Assembly (NCBI RefSeq): GCF_009914755.1
Contig: NC_060929.1
Direction: 5' to 3' (one strand)
Length of the DNA stretch: 64,000 nt
Origin: the human T2T-CHM13v2.0 reference genome, Homo sapiens
A program made the position numbers and the translations under genes. Shown in pieces: positions 31,031-49,170 of this stretch. The notes under the pieces are model-generated. The model saw only the letters and a list, made by a program, of their open reading frames with translations, did no database searches and was not told the DNA's origin. Position 1 is the stretch's first letter. Each line of letters begins with the position of its first letter.

Positions 31031-32078
31031 TGATTGACAGGCTCACCAAAATTGTCTCCACTCAGAAAGGGCTGGTTCTCAAAGCAAAAGTGGAGTGCAT
31101 ACCAGTAGAGGGGGTCAGGTTAAAAGCAGTTATTTATTTTATCCTTTCAGTATTTTATTTGATCTCTTCCCCAGAGTGGTATGAGCAAGCAGTCCGTGGG
31201 AGCCACCATGTATAGGCTTGTTATTGCCGTGGTCACGGATGGAGATGCCATGTGGCTCCATGTTACTTAGCACAATAGGCTTATACTGGGTATTCATGGG
31301 CCCGTGTGTTCTGGCAGGAGAGTCTCGCGTTACATGAGACTTCATGGTGCTAGGTGCTGGGTTGTCTACTGCTACTGGAATATGAAGAGGAAATGAGTAT
31401 TTAGATGCTCCATCTCACCTTCAGCTAGGTCTGTGGTTGGAACTAAAATCTGCATCATCTGCAGAGAAGGAGAACCTGATCTGTAACAACAATTAGAGAC
31501 AGAGTTTTCTAAGATGTTATACAAAAGTCGGTAATTGTTTCTAACCAGGTCTCTGAACGTGTCTACTTCAAGTCAGGAAATGCTTGCTCCTCTTGATTTA
31601 CTTACTTCTTTCCAATGAAAACAAATATTTCATATTACTCAGTTTTGGATCGTGTCCATATATATAATATAAAAGCTTCCTGGTTTATTTTCTATTTAGG
31701 TTCACAAAGATCATTGTCCTCTAAAATATTCATCACTTACTTTAAAATAATTTTTAGCACTCAAGTAATTCATTTAGCACTCAAGTGTTCATTGTAGAAA
31801 AATCGGAAAATAGAGACAGGCCAAAGGAAGAAGTGGAAAATCCACAGACAACCACCTGAAAATTTTTTGTATGCCTCTAGATTTTTTTTTATTATGTTAA
31901 TGTATTACATATATATGTGCTCACGATTTTCAAAAATGATCATATCGCTTTCATTATCTTTTTCATTCAACAATAAGTTATTATCTTTCTTTAATTATAA
32001 ACACACATTTATTGTACCTTATTTTCATACTTCCAATAAGCTTCTTATTTTAATATGAAAATATTAATATGTAATTAA

Positions 32079-32471
<393 letters not shown>

Positions 32472-33561
32472 TAAACTTAGATTTCTCCGAAGCAACAAAA
32501 CCTCTGATACAATGGTGATTAAAAAAAAAAAAATGAATTGCTCTGGGCAGCAAAGTTTCCTTTATGGATGCCCAGATGTGTTAAAAGTCTTCAAGCATTT
32601 GGTTGTATTCTTTATGTGGAAGAAGCTAGCATTCTTGTCTCCATTTTACTGCTGAGAAGAAGGAGACAGACAGACAGCATTGAGGCCGTCGGAGAACTCA
32701 TTGGCAGAGCCCAAAGAGAACTTGAAGTTGTAATGGCCCAGTCCTCTAATCAAACCACAAAGCCACACTGCTTCCCTTTTCCGCTGCTTCAGGGCTGGGC
32801 TTGAAAGGGAAAGTGCTGCCTCTCACCGAGGGCTGAATGGTGATTTGCCATTCACGGTCCAGGTTGCTCTACAGAGAGGCACAGACTCCCCAGCTCTCAA
32901 TTGCGGGTGAAAGCTTGTTATCATGTGCAAGACCCATTGATCTGTTTCGACAATGACTCCTGAATTATATGGCACCTAAATGTTTGCTCCCAGAGAGATC
33001 TATACTGTGGATAGATGATGGGTACTTACTGGAAACTATTGCCTGACGGATGAGTTTTGCTGTTTTGTCTCAATGAAATATCCCTGAGCAATTGGAGATC
33101 TCTTCCTCCCAACCCTTTCCCTCACCTCTGGTATAATGTATTGTGCTAGAAAATAGTGAAATAAAGTGACTTTCCATTTGTCTTGACATTTAAAGAAAAG
33201 TCATATTGATTGTGAGTACAAAGAGGCAGAAGCTTTTCTGAGAATGATTTGTCAGTTCACAAAAAGAAAGAAAGAAGAAAGAAGGAAAGAAAGAAAGAAG
33301 AAGGAAAGAAAGAAAGAGAGAGAGAAAGGAATTTAAAAGTGTGCACACCCATTTACCCAGCAACTGTGGTTTGAGTAATTTATCCAAAGCAAATAATAGT
33401 GGAAGAGTGCAAAGACTGAATTACAAAGGGTCTTCTCTTTAGTGTCATTTACTGTAGTGAAAAAATGGAAACTATTTCAAAGTTGAATGATAGGAGATTG
33501 GATAAATGAATTATGACTTGACTGTATAATGGTGTTATATGCTGTCATTAAAAATAATGTG

Positions 33562-33877
<316 letters not shown>

Positions 33878-34437
33878 TTAGAATTCATAACAACAAGGAA
33901 AGTTGTTTATGATATAATGTTAAGTTAATAGAAAAGCAAGCTGTGAAACAATTTGGGTTCAGTATCTGCTTTGTAAAAATAATACATACATGCACACTCT
34001 CACCATCACACAAATGCACAAGAACACAGAACCCTGGCCCTGCCTGCCTCTCTTACCCTGTCTCCAATTATTGTCCCCTTGATTCTTCTTTCAATGACTC
34101 CCCCCACCATAGATCCATTGCCCAAGAAGTCCCCTCTGTCCCTTTAGGGACACATCCTTCAGATGTCAGCTCAAATATCACTTTCTCAGGAAAGGCTTCT
34201 GACCCCACAAATAGGATTCAGATCTCTGTGATTTGTTCTCAGAGTCACCACGGAGGAGATAGACATTTTCTGCACAGCACTGAGAAAGTCATTAGTGCCG
34301 TCCACCAAATACCAGGTAGCCAAAACTCTGGAAATGAGATAATGTAATTCTGTCACAAATTGTAGTATCAGTAAACTATTATGCATTCTCCTGTTTTCAG
34401 ACTTCGTGGATACTTCTTTTGTTTGGACATTTAGTAG

Positions 34438-34874
<437 letters not shown>

Positions 34875-35184
34875 TAGTTTTTAAAAATACTTTTCTTCTT
34901 CTTGCAGCAGCACTGTCATTGCTGTTGTTTTATTATGTGTGATTTGGGGGACTCGACTAATGGTAGAATAGCCTCTGCGTATGCGACCTTGGCTTATTTG
35001 TCTGCACCAATCGTAATAAGCACTCACACCTATCCCTGTGAAGCAGGTACTAATAGTATTCCTGTTTCGTAAATGAGGAAACTGAAGCTCAGAGTGATTA
35101 ATTAATTAGCCCCAGGTCACACAGCCTGGAAGAGGCTAAGCCTGGATTCCAGCTCGTGTCCCTCTGACTCTAGAACTGGTGCTC

Positions 35185-35487
35185 TTTTTTTGTTTGTTTG
35201 TTTGAGACAGAGTCTTTGCTCTGTTGCCTAGGCTGGAGTACAATGGTGTGATCTCGGCTCACTGCAACCTCTACCTCCTGGGTTCAAGCGATTCTGCTGC
35301 CTCAGCCTTCTGAGTAGCTGGGACTACAGGCATGAGCAAACATACCTGGCTAATTTTTGTATTTTTAGTAGAGACGGGGTTTCACTGTGTTGGTCAGGCT
35401 GGTCTCAAACTCCTGACCTCAAGTGATCCTCCTGCCTCAGCCTCCCAAAGTGCTGGGATTACAGCCCTGAGCCACCGTGCCCAGCCT
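35185..35487 (-). mobile_element. Alu inserted at the end of a MIR
   Basis: TSD gaactggtgc. Confidence 0.9.
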
Positions 35488-36269
35488 GAACTGGTGCCCT
35501 TAAGCCATTATTTCAAACCATCTTCCAGTGGAGCTGATGTGTGTACCCTCTCTGAACACTATGTGTTTTGCGTGTACCTGCTGGGCCCCTGTGTAGGAAA
35601 AGTCTGTTCTTTGCTTCTCGTCTGCCATTTCTGTATTGTTGCAAACATGTCCTCTTGTGGCATTTCCCAAACTGCAAGATTCTTGGCCAGAGTTTGACAG
35701 AAGGCCCTCCAGTTTTATCTACACCTGCAGTTTTTAGCACCAGCCACTACTGTGGGCTACGTCCATTGATGGGTCCCTGGGGAACAACTCTAACTGCCTG
35801 AGAGCATTTCATCCAAACATTCTGTTTTCCAAATCTGTGAACTGAAAGACTTTTTGGAGGTTATTATTGTATCTGAAGTTCTTTTCAGGAGCTGGATACG
35901 TCGATTTGCTCTCATCCCATTTTGTTTTAAGGAATAGATTCAGGCACCAACTTTATTACTACCACACACACATTCATGACACAGATGGAGTTAAGTCGCA
36001 CTCATAGTTTCACAGACACAAGTCTGAAATGCCAAAGACAAAGCATGTAACAGTTACATTTTAATTTACAAAACAGTAGAAGGGATCCTGTGGGTAAGGG
36101 CTGGGATATATATATTGTGACGGCACAATCCTTCCATGCTCTCATGGTCTCTGCGGTGGACTGAAATGGCCCTTTGCAAAGTGTTGCTTAAGTTGCTGGA
36201 TAAGCTTTCTCCCTCCCACACCAGTGCCTTTCAAAAGCCTTGAAATAACTGTGTAATTAAAACAAGGCA

Positions 36270-36520
36270 GGCCGGGTGTGGTGGCTCACACGTGTAATCC
36301 CAGCACTTTGGGAGGCCAGCACCCTGGCCAACATGGCAAAACTCTGTCTCTACTAAAAAAATACAAAAATTAGCAGGGAGTGACGGTGGGCACCTGTAAT
36401 CCCAGCTCATCGGGAGGCTGAGGCAGGAGAATGGCTTGAACTTGGGAGGTGGAGGTTGCAGGGAGCCGAGATTGTGCCACAGCACTCCAGACAGAGCTAG
36501 ACTGTGTCTTAAAACAAAAC
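36270..36520 (+). mobile_element. Alu with internal deletions
   Basis: TSD aaaacaaggca; left arm lacks the ggatcac...gagacc segment. Confidence 0.85.
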
Positions 36521-36660
36521 AAGGCAAATGTCACACCAAAAGTAACAGGAAGACACAATAAGATGTGTAGCAAAGCTGTAACTTATTCACACATTTAGAA
36601 GAGAAACACGGTTTTCAGAAAAACTTCAATGAAACTTCCAATGAAAAATAAAAGCTTTTA

Positions 36661-37110
<450 letters not shown>

Positions 37111-37603
37111 TTACAATAGCTTTGAAATTATTATGTGCTTTTAAAAAGTTTATTTGATATTTTAGATGTTTTTCAAAATAAAATAGATAAGAAACTATCT
37201 TTCAGTGACCCCATGATTCCCCAAATAGTTATGCCTATTTACATGTCTCTGTGGCTTCTAAAATAGCCCATTTGCCCAGCCGGGTATAGAATAGGAGACA
37301 CTGTTGAGGACCCCATGTTTACGTAAGGGTTCAGGCTAAAATTCTCACTCGGGCTCTTAATGACATGAGTTAACCAGCATAACATTAATCTCTGCAGTCT
37401 GATTGCTGCTAAACATTGCAAAGAATAAACAAAGAGATTTAATGTTCTCAATTTAGAAGGGTGTCACTATTTGCTAAGTCTCTCTAAGATGCTTAGTAAT
37501 AATGTAGGAAATTTGTTGTTATTTAAAGATCAGCTAGGTGAGACTTTCTTCAATAATCCTAAAAATAGCACATTTTATATTTAAAAGTGTGTATGTTTAA
37601 TGA

Positions 37604-37902
<299 letters not shown>

Positions 37903-37934
37903 ATGAGTACTTTACTTTCAATATCTACCCTGTC

Positions 37935-38328
<394 letters not shown>

Positions 38329-39984
38329 ACAATATCTGATTATCTTTCAAAATTTTATTTTAAAATATATTTAGGGAGTGCAGGTACAGATTTCTTACAT
38401 GCATATATTGTGTCATGGTGAAGTCTGGGCTGTTAGAGTCCTCATCACCTGAATAATGAACATTGTACTCAATAGATAACTTTTCAACCTGATTATGATC
38501 TTTTTGGTAGCAAGAACAAGTGGCTGCAAGTACCAGTTAAAAATATATTTTATTACTTATGTGATACATAATACTCTAAGACATTCAGAAAATACAGATG
38601 AATAAATAAATTACAAAATATCTCTACAAGGGAATACTATACAGTCATTAAATGGCTAAGGAAAAGATTGGTGAGGGAAAGATACCCAGGTTATGGAAAA
38701 ATGCCCATGATGGCCACTGTCACCACCACAACAATGGTGACAACTACCATTTATTGAGGGCCTAAATGTTTTGGACACTGAGCACTTTGCTGACATACAT
38801 TTATTTTTCCCCCTATGCTTAGATACTAAATATTATTCTATGAATGCAGACACATTACCCTCTGTAACTTTTCTAAGCAAGGGTAGAACTTTCTGGCCCC
38901 TAGGCTTGAGCTGATGTAGGGACTGAACAGCTGAGCTCCATTTGCCCATGCTGTCCATCTACAGGTCTCTGTAATTACTTTGTGGGCAAAATGGACACAA
39001 TTTAAGATGTGAAGTTGCAACAAGATATTTTGAAACCAATGGATACGAGGGGGCTGTCAATTCAACAAACTTTCCCCAATGTTCTATGTCAGAATAGCTC
39101 CTTTTGGTGGTCTAGACAGGCCCAAGCATTTGCACTATATATAGACTTTAGCTAGTTCTTAAGAAGCATATGATGGGAACTTCTTAAAATTAATGTTATT
39201 TACCTGCTAGGATGTAAATGCTAAAAGGATGTGGTCTGCATTATGGACAAGAGCTCTGTAAAATGTGATATTAGAAAATGGAAATTTTACGAGTTCTGGG
39301 AACAGAAACAGGTGATGAGAGCGAAATGGGGGAAAATTCTAGTTTTTGCTGCATTGTTATAACTTAATAATCCAAAATACTTTTAAAAATTATTAATAAT
39401 ACAAGTACAACATTCTAGGGTTGATTGTGCTCACTTTGGTTCCATCAAGTTGCCTGTTCCTGAAAAAAACCCTTCCGCTTAAAGCAAGGGCCCTTTACAT
39501 CAGTGTTCTATGTTCATGGGGCTAAATTTACAGAATTCCAAGCTGTAGAGGCATGCAGAATTGTTAAATCTAACTTCCAGCCTGAGGTATAAATTCTTCT
39601 TTGCTTGGAGACTTCTAGGATGGGTGGTATTAGAGTGTAAAGGATGAGAACTCAACAGGCTTTGCTTTTAGATGATCCTCATTGATGAAGGCAGCTACAC
39701 TGTGGACTTGGGTGTTGTTTAGCTTCTTAATTCTTGGTTACGAATAATAGTAGAATCTACCTCATAGGACTGTTGGAAGGATTAAATAAAGAAATCTCAG
39801 TAAAGCCTCTAGCACAGTGCCTGGCACAGTATCCATAACTATCTTCATCTTCATCATGATCGTCAACATCACTGAGAGGAGTAGCCACTGTCGTGATGTG
39901 GGGGATCAGAGGCCCCTGCTGCTGAGGCTGCGGCAAGGCCCCAGGGCTACATTTGATCATAAACCACACAACTCATCTTGAAAT

Positions 39985-41907
39985 TCAAAAAATATTGAAG
40001 GAAATTAATAGTGCTACTCCACTGGACACACGAATGGTGAGACAGTGAAACAGCCTTATTGCTGATATGGAGAAAGCCTGAGTGGTCTGGATAGAAGATC
40101 AAACCAGCCACAATATTCCCTTAAACCAAAGCCTAACCCAGGGCAAGGCCCTAACTCTCTTCAATTCTGTAAAGGCTGAGAGGGGTAAGGAAGATGCAAA
40201 AGAAAAGTTGGAAGCTAGCAGAGGTTGGTTTATCACCATGACACAAAAGCACAAAGTAAAGCAGCAAGTGCTGATGTAGTAACTGCCTCAAGTTATCCAG
40301 AAAATGTAAGATCATTGATGAAAGTGGCTACACTAAACAACAAATTTTCAATGTAGATGAAATAGCCTTCTATTGGAAGAAGATGCCACCCAGGACTTTC
40401 ATAGCTAGAGAGGAGAAACCAATGCCTAGCTTCAAAGCTTCAAAGGATGCGTTCTCTTATTAGAGGCTAATGCAGATGGTGACGCTAAACTGAAGTCAAT
40501 GCTCATTGACCATTTTGAAAATCCTAGAGCCCTTAAGGATGATGTTAAATCTACTTTGCCCGTGTTCTATAAATGGAACAACAAAGCCTGGATGAGCCAG
40601 CTGTAGTGGCACAAGCCTGAAATCCCAGCTACTCAGGAGGCTAAATGAGGAGGATCTCTTGAGTCCAGGAGTTTGAGACTAGTCTGGTCAGTGTAGCAAG
40701 ACTTGTATTAAAAAATACCCTGGACAACAGCACATCTTTTTACAGTATGGTTTCCTGAATATTTAAAACCCGTTGTTGAGATCTACTGCTCAAAAAAAAG
40801 ATTCCTTTCAAAATATTACTGCTTACTGACAATGCATCCAGTCACCCAAGATCTCTGATGGAAATGTACAAAAATTTAATGTTTTCATGCCTACCAACAC
40901 AATATCCACTCTGCAGCCCATGGATCAAGAAATCATTTCAAGTTTCAAGTCTTCTTATTTAAGAAATACATTTCACAAGGCTATAGCTACCCAAAGATGA
41001 TGATTCCTCTGATGGATAAGGGCAAAGTTAACTGTAAGCCTTCTGGAAAGCATTTGCCATTCTAGATAGCACTAAGAACACTTGTGATTCCTGGGAGGGG
41101 GTGAAAATGTCAACATTAAGAAGAATTTGGAAGAAGTTGATTCCAGCCCTCATGGGTGACTTTGAGGTGTTCAAGACTTCAGCAGAGGAAGTCACTGCAG
41201 GTGTGGTGGAAATAGCAAGAGACCTGGCATTAGAAGTGGAGTCTGATGATGTGCCTGAATTGCTGCTATCGCATAAGAAAACTTTAACAGATGAGTAACT
41301 GCTTCTCATGGATGAGCAAACAAAGTGGATTCTTAAGATGGAATCTATTCGTGGCAAAGATGCTGTGAACATTGTTGAAATGACCACAAGGAATTTATTA
41401 TAGACTATCACATCAACTTAGTTGATAAGGCAGTGGCAAGTTTTGAGAGGATTGACTAATTTTGAAAGTTCTACTGTGAGTAAAATGCTATCAAACAGCA
41501 TTGCATGCTATACAGAAACTTTTCATGAAAGAAAGGGTCAATGCATGTGGCAAACTTCATTGTTGTCTTATTTTAAGAAATTGCCACAGCCACCACAACC
41601 TTCAGCAGCCACCACCCTGATCAGTAACCAGCCATCAACACTGAGCCAAGGCCACACACCAGCAAAAAGATTATGAGTTGCTGAAGGCTCAGATAGTTGT
41701 TAACATTTTTTAGCAATAAAGTATTTTTAAGTTATGTACATTTTTTAGACATGAAACTATTGCATACTTAATAGAATATAGTATTGTATAAATGTAACTT
41801 TTATATGCACTGGGAAACCAAAAAAGTTTGTGTGAATTGTTTTATTGCAATTTTCACTTTATTGTGGTGGTCTGGAATCAAACCCATAATATCTCCCAGG
41901 TATGCTG
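39985..41907 (+). mobile_element. Tigger1 DNA transposon (5'-truncated, decayed transposase) with nested Alu monomer ~40593-40718
   Basis: Fragments [34 protein letters not shown] and WKKLIPALMGDFEVFKTS; 3' terminus aatatctcccaggtatgctg. Confidence 0.9.
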
Positions 41908-43420
41908 GCATAAGCTTCTAGACTGTTGTCTTTTTACTACGGCAGGGAAAGCAGAGATGTGTAGCCACTCTCTCATTCTTCACCTGTAACAGACATCACT
42001 AATTGACCACAGCATTCTTTCTTACCACCTGAACTCATGCTCAGAATCATTCTTATCACAATTCTTCAGACAGCCACCACCAGTTGAATATAGGTGGCAC
42101 AGGAGATATAACAAACCTATTGGTCATTCCTGGACAAGGCTATCTAACTTTCATCAATTATTTCATCATCTAGTTAACTTGGCATATTAAAGCTGGAGGG
42201 GGATTTTTTTCCTCTAGAAACCTTAGGCCAGGTTCTATTTCCAGTGGTGTATGTGGTCGACATTGATTGTGTACTCCTCCAGGGCAGAATCTTGGTCATT
42301 TTCATATCCCATAAGCAAAAATGGAACCTAACACAGATAGACACTAAACTATGTTTTGATGGATGAATGGGTGGATGGATTTAGCAGTTGAATAGGCCCT
42401 TAGAAACAGGTCCAGGGTGGAAAAGAGCTTCCACTGCTGATAGTTTTATAGACTTTCACTCCAGATGATGGCTTGACGCCTTTGTGTCTCCTAGGACTGG
42501 GTTGTCAATCTAGAAAGCACTGTCCATCTTCCAAACATCATTTATCTCCATTTATCAGAGGATATTATTAGACATGGTGCTGCTGAGGTAGCAAATTAGT
42601 TAGGGCTTTTAGTTCTGGGCCTGTGATAAGGATTTGGGAAATGTATTCTGCCAGGGGAGGGGGGGTACACGGTCTCTCTATTACTCTGGCCTAATGACAG
42701 CTGCTAGCACTCTGTTGAATGATCAATAACTGGCTGCCAGTCCACCTACTCCTCACTGGCTATTTTAAGGACTGCCATAGAGATCTACCATGGACTCATG
42801 AGAAAATATTTGAAAACAATGAAGCCCCTTGTTCCTCCTCTCTACCAGGGTCTAGCTTTGACCATAGATCCTTGAGATGCAGGCAAACCAGGAGTCCCTT
42901 CAGAGGGGTACAGCTGGAAGCCATTTATGACAGGACAAAAGATCAGTTATTCCCATGCACTTAACCATTGATTGGGGAGCTGTTCCACTGGTGCCTAGGC
43001 TTTGGCATTGTTGGTGAGAATTTGAGGTTCCAGCTATTTTTGCCTTTGCTGGATTGCTTTTCATTTTAGTTGCCTGTTTCCAAAATAAAGATAAAGGAAA
43101 TTTTCCAGGGGTCCAGCCAGTCACCAAAGGTTCCTAGTTTAGAAGAAGAGTTGCTTTTATAAGGACAGAGTAAAATAAGTAAAAGGAGCATTCCTTCCTT
43201 CCTGTATACTTGTGTTATATACAGAAGCCCTGATAAGAACTTACAGGACCGAGGAAAGTTTTTATCCAATAAAAATTTGTGTGGGCTTGGAGTTTATTTA
43301 CCCTGCAGTACGTGGTATAATTGACACCACATGGGTATTTCCTTTTTTTATATTCTCTTGAAGAACAGATGATACAATCTCTTTAATGGTAATGATGGCT
43401 AATAAAAAATACTCAGTGTA

Positions 43421-43751
<331 letters not shown>

Positions 43752-45049
43752 CTAGTTAACTTTTTCTTAGAAAGTGAAACTATACTTCAAATTATAAAAT
43801 TTGTAGAGAATAAGTTCATGTTTCTATCCCCAGCTTAGAAATAAAACATTATAAAAAGCAGTTGAACCTCCCCAGTGATATTCTTTTCCCTAACCTTGTC
43901 CTCGAAGGAGCCACCATATTGCCTGGTGTTCATCAGTCTTACCCTTGTCTTTATACTATATGTATGTATCCATAGACAATAATAGCATTTTTCACATTTT
44001 AAAATTGTATATAAATGGCATCAGACCAAATATATCCTTCTGGGAATGGACTAATTGAGCTCATCAGGATATGTGAAATATTTTTTCCCCATTGATACAT
44101 GTGGGAAAAATTTAAGCTAATTTTTGGCATCAAGCGATGGATTTTTCCAGGAAATTTGAAAGTCAAAAGGAGCGGTGCCATGGGTGGGGGAGTATGCTTC
44201 TGTAATCCCAGACCAGGTTAGACCTCCCTGTTATGGACTTTCATCACACCCTGTTCTTCTCTGCAATGTGTAATCACAGTGCTTTTGATTATTTTTATTT
44301 AATGATAAAATAATAAATAATTGTGTCATGTCTGTCTTTCCGGCTAGAACGTAAGCTCCCTGAGGGCAGAGACCATGTTATGTCTTGCTCACTGCTGTAT
44401 CCCTTGTACTTAGCCCATGCTTGGCATACGGCAGGCAGATACATGCAAGATGCTTTATTGCCCACAGTATACAACTCAGATTCTTCAGAATTGCATGCAA
44501 GGTCTTTTGTGATCTGGTTCCCATTTCCATCTCAGGACCTAGTTCCTGCTCCTCCTGTCACCTGACCCTTGCCCCTCTGCCTCCTAAAACACCTGCGGAT
44601 CCTGAGCTCTCTTGGGCCTCTTGCTTTTGCACATGCTGTCCCCTCAATCTGGATTCACCTGCCTTTGTTTGCCCATGGAGCTGCCTCTCACCCCTCAAGG
44701 CTCATCTGAGATGGCACCTCCTGTGAATGGCACCTCCTTCAGTAATGACTATAGGCAGAGCACCGTGCTCGTCCTCTGTGTTCCCACGTCACCATCAAAT
44801 TCCTCTAGGACTTGATTAATTAATTTGTTGAAAAATATTTACTGTGCTCTTATGCAAGTCAGGTCTTTGTTCTAGAGACACAGAGATGAACCAGATATTG
44901 TCCCAGTTTACAAATAAGTCAACAGGATCTAGGAAGGAAATGCATGGGGTGATGTGACAGGGTCATTGGGTAGTCTTCTTGAGGGAGGGTAGTTGAGGAA
45001 GACATGTCCAAGGGGCTGACATTTGAGGTGACATCTACAAGGATATGAG

Positions 45050-45352
<303 letters not shown>

Positions 45353-46040
45353 GAATGTGAGCAAGTCAGTCATGTGAAGGGCTGGTGGCAATATTTTCCA
45401 GAATGCATGTCCCATGCCCATTCCCTGTCCCTAAGGATAGGAATTGCATATAATTTATCTGCTTCCTCCTCAATACCTGGCATAGTGCTCAGCATACGGC
45501 AGGTGCTCAGTATACGGCAGATGCTCAGTATGACCATCAAAGTATTTAATGAATAAATGAACCAAATTATTTTGACTTGGAATGAAACTTAGTTATCAAA
45601 CTTGCAACAGCCTTACCTCCAATGAAATATTTACATCAACCCAAATCAGGTCCTTCTCATGTGCTAATAGCTGGGGGAAGAAAGGAATTCCACTGAACAC
45701 TGAGAATAGGTGATACCCAAGTGAGAAGAGAAAGGGATTTGCATCATTTTTTTGTGTGCTTCTATTAAAGCTACCCTATGCAGGTGCTTAGCACCAGGCT
45801 TGGCAAAGCCTGGCCCCATAGTCACGGACTTGTCATTAACATTTCCACAGCATTAAAGATAATTATCCCTGATGAAATGGTTAGCATGTGCCAGGCATGG
45901 TCTTGTTTAATCCTCACAAAACCTTATTATTATTTCCATTTTACAAATGAGAACATGGAGACTTATCAAGGCCTTACAGACAGTAAGGATAAAATGGGCT
46001 TGCACTCTGATGTGTCTCACTGGGAAGCCTGTGCTCTTAA

Positions 46041-46525
<485 letters not shown>

Positions 46526-47779
46526 CCTATACCCACCCTGTGTCTGGCGTCAACATATCAGGTCTGGTGAGCATCTTGATTTTTTGGTGACCCTGTTCAA
46601 ATGCTGTATGCAGTGAAGTCCAAAAGACAAACTCTTTTCTTCAAGATCTACATGCTCAAGTCTAAAAATACATAAGCCTTTGTTCTGATGATAAAAGTAA
46701 TATAAGCACTGGAGGTAGTAGTCGAGGGGACTATAGTTTTATATATAGTGGAGAAAGATTTTACAAGGAGAAAGTTAATTATGTTGAGTGTATAAAGCCC
46801 TGTGTCTTCTGTATAAACTTTTATATCCGGCTTATAAATTTCCTTATCCTTAGAATGATTTTTAGACTCACTCTGAGATGGATACCTGAAGAGAAAACCC
46901 AAGAATCTTCATCACCCGGGGGAATCTCGGTTATACTTGTAGTTTACTTTCATTCATTAAATGCTAGATAAGCATCTCTGACTTCTTACTTAAATAGTAA
47001 TTCATTTGTGTTGTGAAATATTCGCATTCCTCCTGGCAAACACCCACTTCATTTGGAGAAGATGAGTTAGCTTATATCTTGCACATTTCTTCTGCCTTCT
47101 CCAAATCTAGCCCGTCCACCCTCAGCCTCCTTCCCTTTGCTAAAGCTGAAGCTAGCCCCAGTGGGGTTTACCACTTGATCTCTCCTGCTGGTGATCCCTG
47201 GGCCCTCTCTTGCCATGAAAGGACTCATATTGTGGAGGCTGCAGTGTTGTGGCTGGTCAGGTAACTTCTGTTACTTAGCAACTTTCTCCAGCTTTGTTAA
47301 GTTGGGCTGTTCAATCTCCTTAATGAATAAGAGCATCAAGCCAGGTAATTGATGCCTGGACGTTTAGCTCATGAATAATTGACTGTCTGGGTAATCCTAG
47401 ATACATTTCCTCGATCAGATTGTACAATGGAACAGTCATGTCATAGCCAGTGTTGACTTTTTTTTTTTGTCCTAATCAGTTTTATGATGTCAGAAATCTG
47501 CTTTCTTGACCCACAGGCTCAGGTGAACAATGGAAGCAGTGATCCTCCCAAAGCCAGGACATGCTTCCTCTTTCCTCCACAAGAGCTTAGCATTTCCCCT
47601 TTAGTTTGGGCTTAGAAAAGTTTCAGCTCTTCTTGTTTATCTTTTCAGGTATCTTTTCCCACATACATCGGGAAGGCAATGTGGTCTAACAGGGAGGAGG
47701 GGACTGGGAATTGGGTTTCCTGGGCAATGCCAATCACTTACTCTGCAGCCCCAGGCCAAACTTTGCTTGTCTGACTCAC

Positions 47780-48260
47780 TTATTCATTTATTCATTCATT
47801 CAATACACATACTGAGTATCTCCTGTGTGCTAGGCACTGGAGATTTCATGACAAACAAGGTTAGCCTTGTCTGCTTTCATGGAGCTTATATTCTAGTGAG
47901 AGCTCACAGGTGATTTAAAGAAAAAGTAAACCAGTAAAGAAACAAGTTATTTTCAGGTAGCAGTAAGTGCTAGGTTGAAAAGTAAGAATGAAGTAATGGG
48001 ATAGAATGTGACTGACGCGGGGATGGGGTAGATGGAAGTTAATTTTGATCAGTGGTCAGGGAAGGTCAGGGAAGTCCTCTCTGATGAGGTGACATTTGCT
48101 AAGAACTGAATGACCAGGAGGAGCCAGCCACATGAAAAAGTGGAAGAAAGAAGATTCTAGATAGTGGACCATGAAGGCAAAGGTTCTGAGACGGGAATGG
48201 GGTTAGCATGTTTGAGGAACAGAAGGAAAGCCACAGAACAATGGGACCATGCTGTGTGGC
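47780..48260 (-). mobile_element. L2 LINE 3' fragment
   Basis: (TTCA)n tail, gtgtgctaggcactgg, ggagcttatattctagtg, gaggtgacattt. Confidence 0.7.
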
Positions 48261-48600
48261 AAGGTTGATGTCCATATTGGCCACTCACCTTTGATACCTC
48301 CTAAGACCACAAAAAAATCTATGTGACCTCCCCGGTCAGTCATGGGGACCTGAAAAGGGGATATGGATGGAGCTAAACTTTTCAAAATATATGCCTCACT
48401 GATGGTACAGACAGTGACTCTCTTCATATACAAAATTCTGATATTGTCGAAGTTCAACTCAGGTTAATTGATTTATTCAGTATATATTTATTGAGCTCTA
48501 GGCAGTTTTTGTGGCAGTAAGCATACAGAAATGTCTAAAGCCAAGTCCCTGCTCTCATCAAGCTTATATTCTATTAGGAAAATAGACAATAGACTACTAA

Positions 48601-49170
<570 letters not shown>

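Noticed and set aside
33261-33330. Polypurine (GAAA)n-like tracts here and at 15047-15136
   Set aside because: Ordinary low-complexity or Alu-tail-derived sequence. It could form a triplex, but nothing indicates function.
39985-41907. Possible domesticated TIGD-like transposase gene
   Set aside because: 5'-truncated, broken by stops and frameshifts, and interrupted by an Alu monomer.
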